NCBI GenBank assembly: GCA_027491415.1
Contig: JAOZFH010000036.1
Location: 1 to 43,685 of the forward strand
Origin: Thermoproteota archaeon
GTDB lineage: Archaea > Korarchaeota > Korarchaeia > Korarchaeales > Korarchaeaceae
Length of the DNA stretch: 43,685 nt
Reading direction: 5' to 3'
Of this stretch, positions 18,038 through 27,387 are shown one piece after another. The translations under genes were made by a program, and so were the position numbers. The notes below the pieces were generated by a model. It searched no databases and was not told where the DNA came from. It was given only the letters and a program-made list of their open reading frames with translations. Every line of letters starts with the position of its first letter. Positions within the stretch are counted from its first letter, which is position 1.

Positions 18038-19618
18038 ATGCCCCCCGCCCGTGAGCCCGAGAGGGACGAGGGCTGCGTGGAGTACAAGCTCAGGCTCGAT
18101 CCCTCCACGCCAGAGAGAGTCCAGAAGCTCGCCACCCAGCTGAACTACAGGCTCAACGAGGGCGGGGGCGAGGCGTTCTACGAGCTGGGCGTGACGGACG
18201 ACGGGGAGCCCGTGGGGCTGACCGACGAGGAGGCCGAGAGGTCCCTCCAGGTGATGAGGCGGGTCTGCGAGATCGTCGGCGCCTCCTACATCGTCGTGAG
18301 GAGGGAGAAGGCCAAGAGGGGACACGTCTACGAGCTTCTCGTGAGGAGGACCGTCGACACCCCGCCGATACAGGTCTCCGTGGTCCTGCTCGGAAACGTG
18401 GACGCCGGGAAGTCCACCCTGAAGGGGGTCCTGGTGTACGGCCAGCTGGACGACGGGGACGGCCTGGCCATGAGCATGGTGGCCAGATACCTGCACGAGC
18501 TGAAGTTCCGCAGGTCCTCCAGCGTGACCTTTCACGTCCTGGGCTTCGACGAGATGGGGAGGAGCGTCAACGACGAACTCGGGGCCTACGACGAGGCTCA
18601 GGTCTACCTCAGGGCCTCGAAGGTAGTCACCCTGGTGGACCTAGCGGGGCACGAGCGCTACCTCAAGACCACCATGAGGGGCGTCCTCGGCTCAGCTCCG
18701 GACTACGCCTGCATGGTCGTGGCCGGCAACGCCGGACCCATAGGGAGCTTCAGGGAGCACCTAGGCATGGCGGTCGCCCTCAGGATTCCGGTCTTCGTGG
18801 TGGTCACCAAGGTCGACATGGCGCCCCCTGAGGTGCTGGGGAGGACCCTCAGGGACATCGAGGCCTACCTGAAGCTCCCGGGAGTCAACAAGATCCCGTT
18901 CGTCGTTAAGTCCCCGGGAGACGCCGCCGTGGCGGCGAGGAACATGCCACACGGAAGGGTCGCGCCGATATTCCTGGTGTCCAACGTCACGGGCGAGGGC
19001 CTCGGCCTCCTGAAGTCCTTCATAAACATGCTGCCGCCCAGGCTGGACTGGTCCGAAAAGCAGGGTGGGAGGTTCCTGAGCTACGTCGACGAGAAGTTCG
19101 ACGTCTCCGGGGTCGGGCTGGTGGTCTCCGGGCTGGTCGAGTCGGGCTCGGTGTCCGCGGGCGACAGGGTCCTCCTCGGCCCGTTCGACGACGGCTCCTT
19201 CAGGACGGTGAGGGTCAGGTCGATCCACGTGAACAGGCTCCCCGTTGAGAGGGCGGTCGCCGGACAGATGGCCGGATTCGCCCTCGCAAACGTCGAGTAC
19301 GACGAGGTCCGGAGGGGCATGGTCCTCCTCGATCTGAACGAGAGGCCCAGGGCGGTGAGGGAGTTCGAGGCCAAGATAAGGGTCCTCCACCACCCAACCA
19401 CAATAAGGCCCGGCTACGAGCCAGTGATACAGCTCAAGACCATAAGGCAGAGCGCGAAGCTGGTCTACTGCACCAAGGGCGTCCTCAGGAGCGGGGACGT
19501 TGACACGGCCGTCTTCAGGTTCAAGATCAGGCCCGAGTACATCAACGAGGGCGACGTGTTCTTCTTCAGGGAGGGCAGGACCAAGGGGATGGGCAGGGTG
19601 ACGAGGCTTCTCTCCTAG
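18038..19618 (+). CDS. GTPBP1/GTPBP2-family translational GTPase
   Basis: EGCVEYKLRL and QLNYRLNEGGGEAFYELG N-domain; GNVDAGKS, DLAGHERYLKT, TKVD; HHPTTI and FREGRTKGMG in domain III. Confidence 0.92.
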   Translation: MPPAREPERDEGCVEYKLRLDPSTPERVQKLATQLNYRLNEGGGEAFYELGVTDDGEPVGLTDEEAERSLQVMRRVCEIVGASYIVVRREKAKRGHVYELLVRRTVDTPPIQVSVVLLGNVDAGKSTLKGVLVYGQLDDGDGLAMSMVARYLHELKFRRSSSVTFHVLGFDEMGRSVNDELGAYDEAQVYLRASKVVTLVDLAGHERYLKTTMRGVLGSAPDYACMVVAGNAGPIGSFREHLGMAVALRIPVFVVVTKVDMAPPEVLGRTLRDIEAYLKLPGVNKIPFVVKSPGDAAVAARNMPHGRVAPIFLVSNVTGEGLGLLKSFINMLPPRLDWSEKQGGRFLSYVDEKFDVSGVGLVVSGLVESGSVSAGDRVLLGPFDDGSFRTVRVRSIHVNRLPVERAVAGQMAGFALANVEYDEVRRGMVLLDLNERPRAVREFEAKIRVLHHPTTIRPGYEPVIQLKTIRQSAKLVYCTKGVLRSGDVDTAVFRFKIRPEYINEGDVFFFREGRTKGMGRVTRLLS

Positions 19619-19717
19619 CCAGCCCGCCCACGAGAGGTTCGATTTGGATCAAGCGCGCGAGGCTTTTCATTAATGTAAAACTTATCACTTCCGAGCTTCG
19701 GGTAGGAGCGATTCTCC

Positions 19718-20113
19718 ATGTACGGGGAGGCCTCACTCTCCGAGAGGCTGGAGAGGCTGCTGAGGTTCATGTCCTACGACTGCCCAGGCGTCGAGGCCGC
19801 CGTGCTGGTGAGCTACGATGGACTCATCATGGCCTCTTCTCTGGAAGGAGGCGCCGACGAGGACAGGGTGGCCGCAATGAGCGCGGCCCTCCTCTCGGTG
19901 GCCGAGAAGATTGGGGCCGAGCTAGACAGGGGGGAGTTCGAGACAGCGCTGGTGAGCGGCTCCAAGGGATTCGTGATAGTGAAGCCCGTAAATGGCGACG
20001 CTCTCCTCGTCGTGCTGGCCGGAAAGAACTCCAAGCTGGGGCTGATCAAGTACGAGATGAGCAGGATAGGTAGAATGCTCGCAGAAGAACTGGAGAGGTC
20101 CGGCTACGGCTGA
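19718..20113 (+). CDS. Roadblock/LC7 (MglB-like) domain protein
   Basis: VEAAVLVSYDGLIMAS, DRVAAMSAALLS, ELDRGEF, KLGLI. Confidence 0.9.
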   Translation: MYGEASLSERLERLLRFMSYDCPGVEAAVLVSYDGLIMASSLEGGADEDRVAAMSAALLSVAEKIGAELDRGEFETALVSGSKGFVIVKPVNGDALLVVLAGKNSKLGLIKYEMSRIGRMLAEELERSGYG

Positions 20114-20150
20114 TGCCCACGCGCGCACCGGTGGAGGGCCCTTCGCCCGA

Positions 20151-21008
20151 TCACGTGAGCTGGAGCGCGACCAGGGCGAGTCCCAGGCTGATCAGCATCC
20201 CGCCCGCTAGTATCCTGGCGCTCAGAGGCTCTCCGCTGACCAGCCTCCCGGCGACCTGAGACACCAGTGGTGTGACCGAGCTGGCCAGAGACGAAGGCCC
20301 AACCCCCAGGACCTCCATGGCCGTGTAGTAGAGCACGAGCCCCACCCCCAGCCCTAGGGTGCCGCTGGCCGCCGAGACCCCTGCCGCCGGTGGGTCCTTG
20401 GACAAAGAGGATCCGCGGAGAGCGTACCAGCCTGAGAAGGCCGCCGCCAGCGCAGCGGCCCTCCAGGCGGCCACCGTGAGAGGGTGAGCGTAGAACAGCG
20501 CCTCCCTGGAGAGGACGGCGCCCAAGGCCCAGGAGGCCGACGTCAGGAGGGCCAGCCCAACGGCCGAGGGTCCTCGGGGGGCCTCTCCGCGGGACGACAG
20601 CACCCATATTCCCGAGACAGACAAGAGGGCTCCAGCCAGGGTGAGCGGCCCGACGGGCTCCCCGAAGAGGACCCCTCCCAGCATTTGGGCCCAGACGACG
20701 TAGGTGAAGGATATCGGTACTACCCTGGAGGGGCCCTCCCTGTTAAGCGCCTCCGTGTAGGCCAGGAGGCCTATTCCCGGACCCACGGCCGCGCTGGCCA
20801 GCGTGAAGGCCGCCGCCCGGGCGCTCATGCCCAGAACCCCCTCGTAGGCGCAGACCGGGATCAGCGCGGCCGCGGCCCCAACGTTTCGCCACGCGTTGAC
20901 GTAGACGGGGTCGGTTCTGCGGACGGCGAACTCGATCATGAGGGGTACGAGCCCCCAGATCACGGCCGCCGCCAGGGCCTCGAGCATGTATGTGATCAGG
21001 CCCGTCAC
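20151..21008 (-). CDS. DMT/EamA family transporter
   Basis: Likely GTG start 21008 overlapping the HAD stop; AVIWG, two hydrophobic repeats ending LFGEP/SGEPLS. Confidence 0.85.
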   Translation of the reverse strand: MTGLITYMLEALAAAVIWGLVPLMIEFAVRRTDPVYVNAWRNVGAAAALIPVCAYEGVLGMSARAAAFTLASAAVGPGIGLLAYTEALNREGPSRVVPISFTYVVWAQMLGGVLFGEPVGPLTLAGALLSVSGIWVLSSRGEAPRGPSAVGLALLTSASWALGAVLSREALFYAHPLTVAAWRAAALAAAFSGWYALRGSSLSKDPPAAGVSAASGTLGLGVGLVLYYTAMEVLGVGPSSLASSVTPLVSQVAGRLVSGEPLSARILAGGMLISLGLALVALQLT

Positions 21009-21610
21009 CCCCCGGGCAGCAGGAGCAGAGGAACCTCCCTGAGGCTCCTCACGACGGCGCCCCTGAAGCCCAGGCGTTGAGCCCTCCTCAGGCAGTCTCC
21101 TGGGCCCGCCCTGCAGACCCATATCTCCCTCAGGCCCAGCCCCGCCGACTGGACCTCGACCAGCTGATCCAGGTGGTCGTCGACCAGCGAGAACCTGCCC
21201 CCCATATGCCTCATCAGCACCCTGGCCTGAGAGGCTCTGTCGGGACCGTCCTCCCTAGTTACGAGCCCCCTGAACAGCCTCCTGATTCCGTGGAACTCAA
21301 GCGCGGCCTCGGCCGCCTCCCTAGACTGGAGCGTTATCACGTAGAGGTCGAACTTGCTGACGAGTCCCTCCAGCACCGGCCTGACCTCCGGGAACAGGGT
21401 GGACTTTGGCACAGCCTCCATCTCGGCCTCTTTGACCATGGAGCTGACCAGCCAGTAGTCGTCTGTCCCCCACAGCTCCCTGAGGAGGTCTCTAAAGCTG
21501 TGGACCGGCCTCGAGAGGGTCCTCGACACCCTGATCTTGAGCTCCGGCCACTGGACCGGCAGGGTCAGCAGCGTTCCGTCCATGTCGAAGGCGACGGCTC
21601 CCCTTTCCAT
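21005..21610 (-). CDS. HAD-superfamily hydrolase
   Basis: FDMDGTL motif I, VTRED, LVDD. Confidence 0.82.
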   Translation of the reverse strand: MERGAVAFDMDGTLLTLPVQWPELKIRVSRTLSRPVHSFRDLLRELWGTDDYWLVSSMVKEAEMEAVPKSTLFPEVRPVLEGLVSKFDLYVITLQSREAAEAALEFHGIRRLFRGLVTREDGPDRASQARVLMRHMGGRFSLVDDHLDQLVEVQSAGLGLREIWVCRAGPGDCLRRAQRLGFRGAVVRSLREVPLLLLPGG

Positions 21611-21670
21611 GTCTCCGCACCCAGCCGGGCGCGCCTGGCTATAACCGTGCTGCGCCGGAGATCGGCGAGC

Positions 21671-22459
21671 TTAGAACACGGAGAGAATCCTCCCTCCGTC
21701 CACAGGGATCATGGCGCCCGTCACGTAGCTGGCCCTCTCGCTGGCCAGGAAGGCCACGACCCACGCGACCTCTTCAGGGGATGCCGCCCTCCTCATGGGC
21801 ACGCCGGAGGTCATCCTGCGAATTTCCTCCTCCACAGTCACCCCTTCCCTTCGGGCCCTCGCCTCGGCGAGCTGTCGGACCCTGTCTGTGAGGGTTATCC
21901 CGGGCATGACCCCGTTGACGAGCACGTTGTGTGGGGCGAGCTCTAGCGCCAGAGTCTTCAACAGCCCGGCCAAGGAGATCCTGGCGACGTTGGAGATGGC
22001 TATATCCGGAATTGGCTGCTTTATGGCCACGGACGTTACGTAGATGATCCTTCCCCACCTCCTCTCGATCATCCGCGGCGCGAGCCTCTTGGTTAGCCTG
22101 ACGGCGCTCATTAGGAGGAGCTCGAACGCGTGGTACCAGTCCTCCTCAGAGGTCTCAAAGAACTTGACGGGCCTGGGACCTCCGGTGTTGAAGACGAACA
22201 CGTCTGCCCCTCCTATCTCCTCCACAAAGTCTGCCAAGGATTCCACGTCCTCCCTCGACGTGAGGTCCGCCGCCTTCCACAGGACTTCGGACCCTGTCGT
22301 CGCCGAGATCTCCCGTGCCGTCCTCCTCAGAGCCTCCTCGCTTCTAGAAGATATGATGACCCTGGCGCCCTCCCTGGCCAGGGCTTCCGCACAGGCGCGG
22401 CCTATTCCCCTGCTGGACGCCGTCACCAGCGCCAGCTTGCCCCTGAGACCCAGGTCCAC
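21671..22459 (-). CDS. SDR family oxidoreductase
   Basis: Likely GTG start 22459 (MDLGLRGKLALVTASSRGIG); NTGGP, SNVAR, VNGVMPG, VDGG. Confidence 0.92.
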   Translation of the reverse strand: MDLGLRGKLALVTASSRGIGRACAEALAREGARVIISSRSEEALRRTAREISATTGSEVLWKAADLTSREDVESLADFVEEIGGADVFVFNTGGPRPVKFFETSEEDWYHAFELLLMSAVRLTKRLAPRMIERRWGRIIYVTSVAIKQPIPDIAISNVARISLAGLLKTLALELAPHNVLVNGVMPGITLTDRVRQLAEARARREGVTVEEEIRRMTSGVPMRRAASPEEVAWVVAFLASERASYVTGAMIPVDGGRILSVF

Positions 22460-22518
22460 AGCCCCAAATCGCGGGGGAAAACCCATTAAACCTGCCGTCG
22501 CTCTGTCGCTCGGAGCGA

Positions 22519-23874
22519 ATGTCAACCCGCGCTGAGAGTGCCGCGGCGGCATCGATAGCGGTTTCAGTTGCCACAGTGGCCGTGAAGGCGTTCGTTCAAC
22601 TGGTCACCGGGAGCGTAATGGTTGCAGCGGAGGTCGTCGACTCCCTAGGCGACGTGGCCACGTCGTCGGTCAGTCTCTTGGCAGTAAGGCTCTCTAGGAG
22701 GCCGCCCGACGCGGACCACCCCTACGGACACGCCAAGTACGACAGCCTGCTGGGACTCCTCACCTCGGCCCTCCTCTTCGAGGCCGAGGCCTACGTGCTG
22801 TTCAGGAGCGCCAGGTCCCTCCTCATCGGTTACGCAGCGCCCCGCGCGCCCGCTGTGGCTCTGTGGGCCCTAGTCGGCACCAGCGTCGTCAACGTCTTCA
22901 GGTCAGCCGCCCTCTGGGCCGTCGGCAGGGGCGAGGAGAGCAGGGTGCTCCAGTCGGAGGCCCTGAACTATGGCTGGGACGCCGGCAGGACTCTTGTGGT
23001 CGCTGGGGTCCTCCTGATATCCAGCAGGGTTGCGCCGTGGCTGGACCCCGCCTCGGCGATCGTGGTCTCGCTAACCGTCATGCCGTCGACGCTGAGGGTC
23101 GCCTACTGGTCGGCCACCGATCTGCTGGACAGGGTCGACCCGGGGCTCGTCGAGTCGATTCGGGAGGTCCTCTCGTCCGCGCCCGGCGTGAGGTGGGTCG
23201 AGAGGGTGAGGGCCCGGAGGGTCGGACGACTCGTGCTGGTCGACGCGGTGGTGGGCGTAGACCCGGAGCTCACCACCGAACAGGCTTCTCGGGTGATGAT
23301 GGAGGCCCATTGGGCCGTTGAGAGGATCGTCAACAGCCCTTGCGACGTGACCCTCGCCGTAAGGCCGGCCGGTGAGAGCCTGGCGGTCAAGGCCGCGAGG
23401 ATCGCGAAGTCCGAGGCCGGGGTCATAGGCGCCCACTCCATAGAGCTTTACGGACCGGGCAGGGACAGGCTTACCCTCCACCTGGTGATAGACGGGAGTC
23501 TGAGGCTGGGTGAGGCTGACGAGATCGCCCGGAGGGTCGAGAGGAAGATCGCCAAGGAGCTGTCGCTCCGACAGGTCGTGGCGCACATAGATCACTTCGT
23601 CCAGCGGCCTCGGCCTGACCCCGACCTCGAGGCCGTCAGGCGCGCCGTCGAATCTGTCCCCTCCGTGAAGTGGGCCAGGGTGATGAGCGTCAGGTGCGCG
23701 GACGGAGGACTCAGGCTAGAGGTCACCGTGGGGGCCGACCCATTCATGAGCCTGGCCGAGGCCAACAGGCTCGCCCACGAGGTGCAGGCTGCCCTCGCCG
23801 AGGTCGCCCCGGATGCCGTCGCCGTGGTTAGGGTGACCACAGTCGACCCGGGGGAGCGATCGACGGTAGGGTGA
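22519..23874 (+). CDS. Cation diffusion facilitator with extended C-terminal dimerisation-domain repeats
   Basis: RPPDADHPYGHAK signature; hydrophobic N-half; three ZT-dimer-like segments. Confidence 0.88.
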   Translation: MSTRAESAAAASIAVSVATVAVKAFVQLVTGSVMVAAEVVDSLGDVATSSVSLLAVRLSRRPPDADHPYGHAKYDSLLGLLTSALLFEAEAYVLFRSARSLLIGYAAPRAPAVALWALVGTSVVNVFRSAALWAVGRGEESRVLQSEALNYGWDAGRTLVVAGVLLISSRVAPWLDPASAIVVSLTVMPSTLRVAYWSATDLLDRVDPGLVESIREVLSSAPGVRWVERVRARRVGRLVLVDAVVGVDPELTTEQASRVMMEAHWAVERIVNSPCDVTLAVRPAGESLAVKAARIAKSEAGVIGAHSIELYGPGRDRLTLHLVIDGSLRLGEADEIARRVERKIAKELSLRQVVAHIDHFVQRPRPDPDLEAVRRAVESVPSVKWARVMSVRCADGGLRLEVTVGADPFMSLAEANRLAHEVQAALAEVAPDAVAVVRVTTVDPGERSTVG

Positions 23875-23919
23875 GCCCGCAGCCCACTGAGTATTTAGCA
23901 TTCGGGCCCCCGTAACCCC

Positions 23920-25842
23920 GTGCCGTCGAGGTCCAAGCTGAGGGGCCGCGTGGTCGGCTCAGAGATTCCCCGCTTCAGGAGCAGGTGGTTCGGGATCCTC
24001 CAGGTCGAGGTCGACGGCTCGGAGGTCTCCCTCCTCATGTCCGGGACGGTGGCCCAGTGGTTTGACACAGGCGAGCCGGTCCTGCTGGAGGTCAGGGATG
24101 GGCCACTGAGGGACGGCTCGAGGCTCGGGTTCGACGACTACTCTCTCTGGAGGGTCACCGTGGAGGGGGCCGTGCAGGCGTGGCCAGTCTTTTCCAAGGA
24201 CTACGAGTCCCAGAGGGTGAGCCCGGTGACGGGGGAGCCCATCTACACCTACAGGATCAGGGCGAGGGAGGCCGCCTACGAGAGGGACTTCGAGGCCGTC
24301 GCGGAGCTGGAGCAGTATCACTACGCCTCCGAGAAGGAGCTCGTCGCCCTGTGGAGGTGCGACGTCTGCGGCGAGATAATAAAGGCCAACACGAAGCCCA
24401 CGTGCCCGAACTGCGGCACCGACGAGCGCGTCCACATCCTGGAGATCAAGGGATCGACCCCGGCCTCGAGGTTTCTGGTCTTGGAGCTCGTCGAGAGGGA
24501 GGAGTACGAGCCCCAGTATGTGGCCTACGTGAGGATCGACCCTCCGGTGCCGAGGATGCACCGCAGGCTCCCGGACGGCTCGATTGTGAGGGACATCAGG
24601 GAGAGGGTGTTCCCGGAGGACTGGTTCCACCCGGTCTACAACCCCGAGGAACTCCTGAGGGAGAGGCTGGCCGAGCTCGGGAGGAGGTTCGGCAGGGAGG
24701 TCGGGCTGAGGAGGCTCTGGGAAGAAATCAAGTGGGAGGCGCTGAGGCGGACGAACGCCGCCGCGTCCAGGGTGGCGAGGGTCGTCGTTCACCCGGACTA
24801 CAGGTCCGACGGGCTGGGGCAGCTCTCGGTGAGGGCGGCCCTCGAGTGGATCCGGGAGCGTAGGATCCCCGAGATGAGGAGGAGGAAGCACCTGGTCGAG
24901 ACCATCGCCCAGATGGCCAGGTACAACCCCTTCTTCGAGAAGGTGGGCTTCAGGTACGTCTGGGACACCGCCTCGGGCAGGCCGGTCCTCTACTACCCGC
25001 TGACGGACGATGGCAGGGAGGCGCTGGAGAGGTTCCTGCGAACCGACCCTGTGGCCAGGGAGCACGGCGGTAGGCTTTGCGTCCCGACCTACGGGAAGGT
25101 CGAGCGGCTCGAGGGTCCGATAAGGCTCGAGGACGTCTCCATGGTGTTCGAGAGCGAGTTGAACGTCGATGGCCTCCCTGATAGGCTCAGGGAGCTCTTG
25201 GAAGCCTTTGGGGTGAGGAGCAGGGTCATACAGAGGCAGGTCCTGAGGAACGTGAACCTGGAGATCTCGCCAGGCGAGGTGATCGCTGTGGTTGGGGCCT
25301 CGGGGGCTGGCAAGACCACGCTGCTTAGGCTAATCTGGGGGGCCTGCAAGGGGCTGAAGGGGAGGAAGTTCGAGCCAACTGCGGGGAGGGTCCTGGCCCC
25401 GGAGAACGCCAGGGTGGGCGTGCTGATCCCTGGGGAGAGGGAGCCGCGGTTTGGGGACGAGTCCATCTTAGAGCACGTCTACGCCAAGCTAGGCGACGAG
25501 AGAACGGCGGTGGAGGTGCTGAACAGATGCGGCCTCTCCGACGCTGTCCTCTATAGGGCCAGGTACGCCGAGCTGTCCACGGGCCAGAGGGAGAGAGCGA
25601 GGCTGGCCAGCGTGCTCGCCGAGAGGCCCAACGTGCTGCTGGTTGACGAGTTCGCCGCCCACTTAGATGCTCTGACGGCGATGAGGATTGCCAGGGCCTT
25701 CGGGAAGCTGGCCAGAGAGGCCGGAATCGCGGCCCTGGTGGTGACGCACAGGGCCGAGGTGATAAGGGCGCTGGACCCCGACAGGGTCCTGTTTGTCGGA
25801 TACGGGGCCGTCTCGGAATCTATGGAGTGGAGGACAAGGTGA
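23920..25842 (+). CDS. Zn-ribbon/GNAT-like domain fused to an ABC-type ATPase (COG2401-like)
   Basis: CDVC...CPNC; RVVVHPDYRSDGLG acetyl-CoA motif; GASGAGKT, LSTGQ, DEFAAHLD, VTH. Confidence 0.85.
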   Translation: MPSRSKLRGRVVGSEIPRFRSRWFGILQVEVDGSEVSLLMSGTVAQWFDTGEPVLLEVRDGPLRDGSRLGFDDYSLWRVTVEGAVQAWPVFSKDYESQRVSPVTGEPIYTYRIRAREAAYERDFEAVAELEQYHYASEKELVALWRCDVCGEIIKANTKPTCPNCGTDERVHILEIKGSTPASRFLVLELVEREEYEPQYVAYVRIDPPVPRMHRRLPDGSIVRDIRERVFPEDWFHPVYNPEELLRERLAELGRRFGREVGLRRLWEEIKWEALRRTNAAASRVARVVVHPDYRSDGLGQLSVRAALEWIRERRIPEMRRRKHLVETIAQMARYNPFFEKVGFRYVWDTASGRPVLYYPLTDDGREALERFLRTDPVAREHGGRLCVPTYGKVERLEGPIRLEDVSMVFESELNVDGLPDRLRELLEAFGVRSRVIQRQVLRNVNLEISPGEVIAVVGASGAGKTTLLRLIWGACKGLKGRKFEPTAGRVLAPENARVGVLIPGEREPRFGDESILEHVYAKLGDERTAVEVLNRCGLSDAVLYRARYAELSTGQRERARLASVLAERPNVLLVDEFAAHLDALTAMRIARAFGKLAREAGIAALVVTHRAEVIRALDPDRVLFVGYGAVSESMEWRTR

Positions 25843-25974
25843 GCCTGCCGGCCGGCCTGAACCTAAGATCGGCGCCGGACTTGCGTATGGCGGGGTCAAT
25901 CTTTGATCGAGTGGCCCGGGATGAGCCCCTACTGGGGGGATAGTGGGCCAAGCAGAGGCGCTCACGACTGAGCC

Positions 25975-26163
25975 GCAACCCCACGCCCGTGGTCAGCACG
26001 ACTCTAGGAAGGGTGCAGGTCGGCGTGACGGGCTGCGGGATCGGGTGGAGTGGAGCGGATTCGCCCGGGTGGCCATTAGACGACCCTGAGACCGCCTCCC
26101 GGCTGGCGGACCACGCCACGAGTCACCCGCCCAGACACGACGCCCTCCTGAGGTAACTCCCAA
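25975..26163 (+). repeat. Degenerate direct repeat copy A (eroded gene 3' end)
   Basis: Shares GCAACCCCAC, GGTCAGC, GAGACCGCCT and AGACACGACGnnCTCCTGAGGTA with 27652-27880; encodes DDPETASRLADHATSHPPRHDALLR*. Confidence 0.7.
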
Positions 26164-26278
26164 CGCCTCGCGCTCCTGTTCCTCAGCCATTCTAGACTCA
26201 CCCGTGTTCAGGTTATCAGGATCTCCCACCTTCTGGTCCCTGGGGGCCCCAGGTCCTCCCGCCGATACGGGCAATTTG

Positions 26279-26713
26279 TCACCTATTCGTCAGAATTATG
26301 GTAAAAAGGGACCAGGCTAAGGACGTCACGGCCAGCGCCGCCGCAACGGTAGCTGCGCTCCCCATCAGCTCACTAACTCGGACCCTCCCTTCCCCCCTGG
26401 CGGACTTGAGGATGATGGAGATTACCACACTGATGATCGCCAGCTCGAGGAGACCCCCCAGCATCAGAAAGGTCCATAGGCCTAGCTCAGCTCCGAGGAT
26501 CCTGAACACGACGGGCGAGGTGGCTCCTATCAACAGGTGGGCTAGGATCAGAAGGCCGACCACCTTGGCCGCAAACAGCATGCGGTCTCCCTTATCCTCT
26601 TTTCCTAGGAATGGGGCTAGGTCAGCGCTCAGAGCCGCCAACGACCCGTATATCCCTACTAGGGAGGCCGCCGCAAGGACATAAAGGAGGACATCGGTTA
26701 GTAAGGTGGGCAA
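26279..26713 (-). CDS. Hypothetical membrane protein (about 4 TM helices)
   Basis: TTG start after AGGAGGGAG SD; four hydrophobic stretches; 15 nt downstream of the secreted-protein gene. Confidence 0.7.
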   Translation of the reverse strand: MPTLLTDVLLYVLAAASLVGIYGSLAALSADLAPFLGKEDKGDRMLFAAKVVGLLILAHLLIGATSPVVFRILGAELGLWTFLMLGGLLELAIISVVISIILKSARGEGRVRVSELMGSAATVAAALAVTSLAWSLFTIILTNR

Positions 26714-26728
26714 GACGGATCTCCCTCC

Positions 26729-27355
26729 TTAGTGACAGCTTCCCTGCCCATTTGCGTATATCTCAGCTGTTATGATTAAGTAGCCCCACAGCCCGGAGAT
26801 TAGGTTATAGTATAATCCAGAGCCCCTAATCCTCGCCCTCCAGTAGGTTTGAGATGTAATCCTAGAGGAATGGTATACGGGGATCCATCCCAGGTATCCC
26901 TCTGAGTGCGTCCAATGATCGATGTAAAGGATCCTCTGCCCGTCATACTCCCAATACACGTACAGATCGAGCCTATATACCGGCTTGTGAAGAGCATTGT
27001 ATGCTACTCTGGCGCAGTGAAGGGTTCTCCCGTAAACAACTCTTGGGGAGAGGTCAGTAGATGCAAGCAGCGCACCACGTCTCGTGGCCTCAAGAGGGGT
27101 GCTAAGTTCACAGAAGATTATAATATAGGCGGGCTTGAGAAGATCTTCGGCTCTGTCCGGGTAGAACTGGATATATCTACCCGGTCTCTGTGAAGCATTT
27201 GGAAGCCCAAATGCGCCGGTACAAGGGAATACGATTAAGAAAACTAGAACAACGGGCATCAGCGACTGGAGGGTCCTGATAGAGTCCCCTCCATTCAAGT
27301 TTATATCACCCTCTGCAAAATTCATATAGCTTTTCTTAAAAGGTCTTTCACTCAA
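26729..27355 (-). CDS. Hypothetical secreted protein, aromatic-rich, beta-strand-like C-terminal domain (start uncertain, probably downstream of 27355)
   Basis: Signal-peptide-like MPVVLVFLIVFPCTGAFG; AT-richer composition than flanking genes. Confidence 0.65.
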   Translation of the reverse strand: MSERPFKKSYMNFAEGDINLNGGDSIRTLQSLMPVVLVFLIVFPCTGAFGLPNASQRPGRYIQFYPDRAEDLLKPAYIIIFCELSTPLEATRRGALLASTDLSPRVVYGRTLHCARVAYNALHKPVYRLDLYVYWEYDGQRILYIDHWTHSEGYLGWIPVYHSSRITSQTYWRARIRGSGLYYNLISGLWGYLIITAEIYANGQGSCH

Positions 27356-27387
27356 AATTTCAGTCCCGGGCCTCTTCCTGAAATTTT
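27354..27387. promoter_or_regulatory. Perfect 10-bp inverted repeat upstream of the secreted-protein gene
   Basis: AAAATTTCAG-N14-CTGAAATTTT. Confidence 0.5.

Noticed and set aside
19630-19660. tRNA fragment (GGTTCGATT)
   Set aside because: No T-stem pairing or cloverleaf around it.
25993-26274. Minus-strand ORFs 25993-26274 and 27674-27904 as paralogous small genes
   Set aside because: Their similarity is explained by the DNA repeat. The plus-strand frame is more protein-like and ends at aligned stops in both copies.
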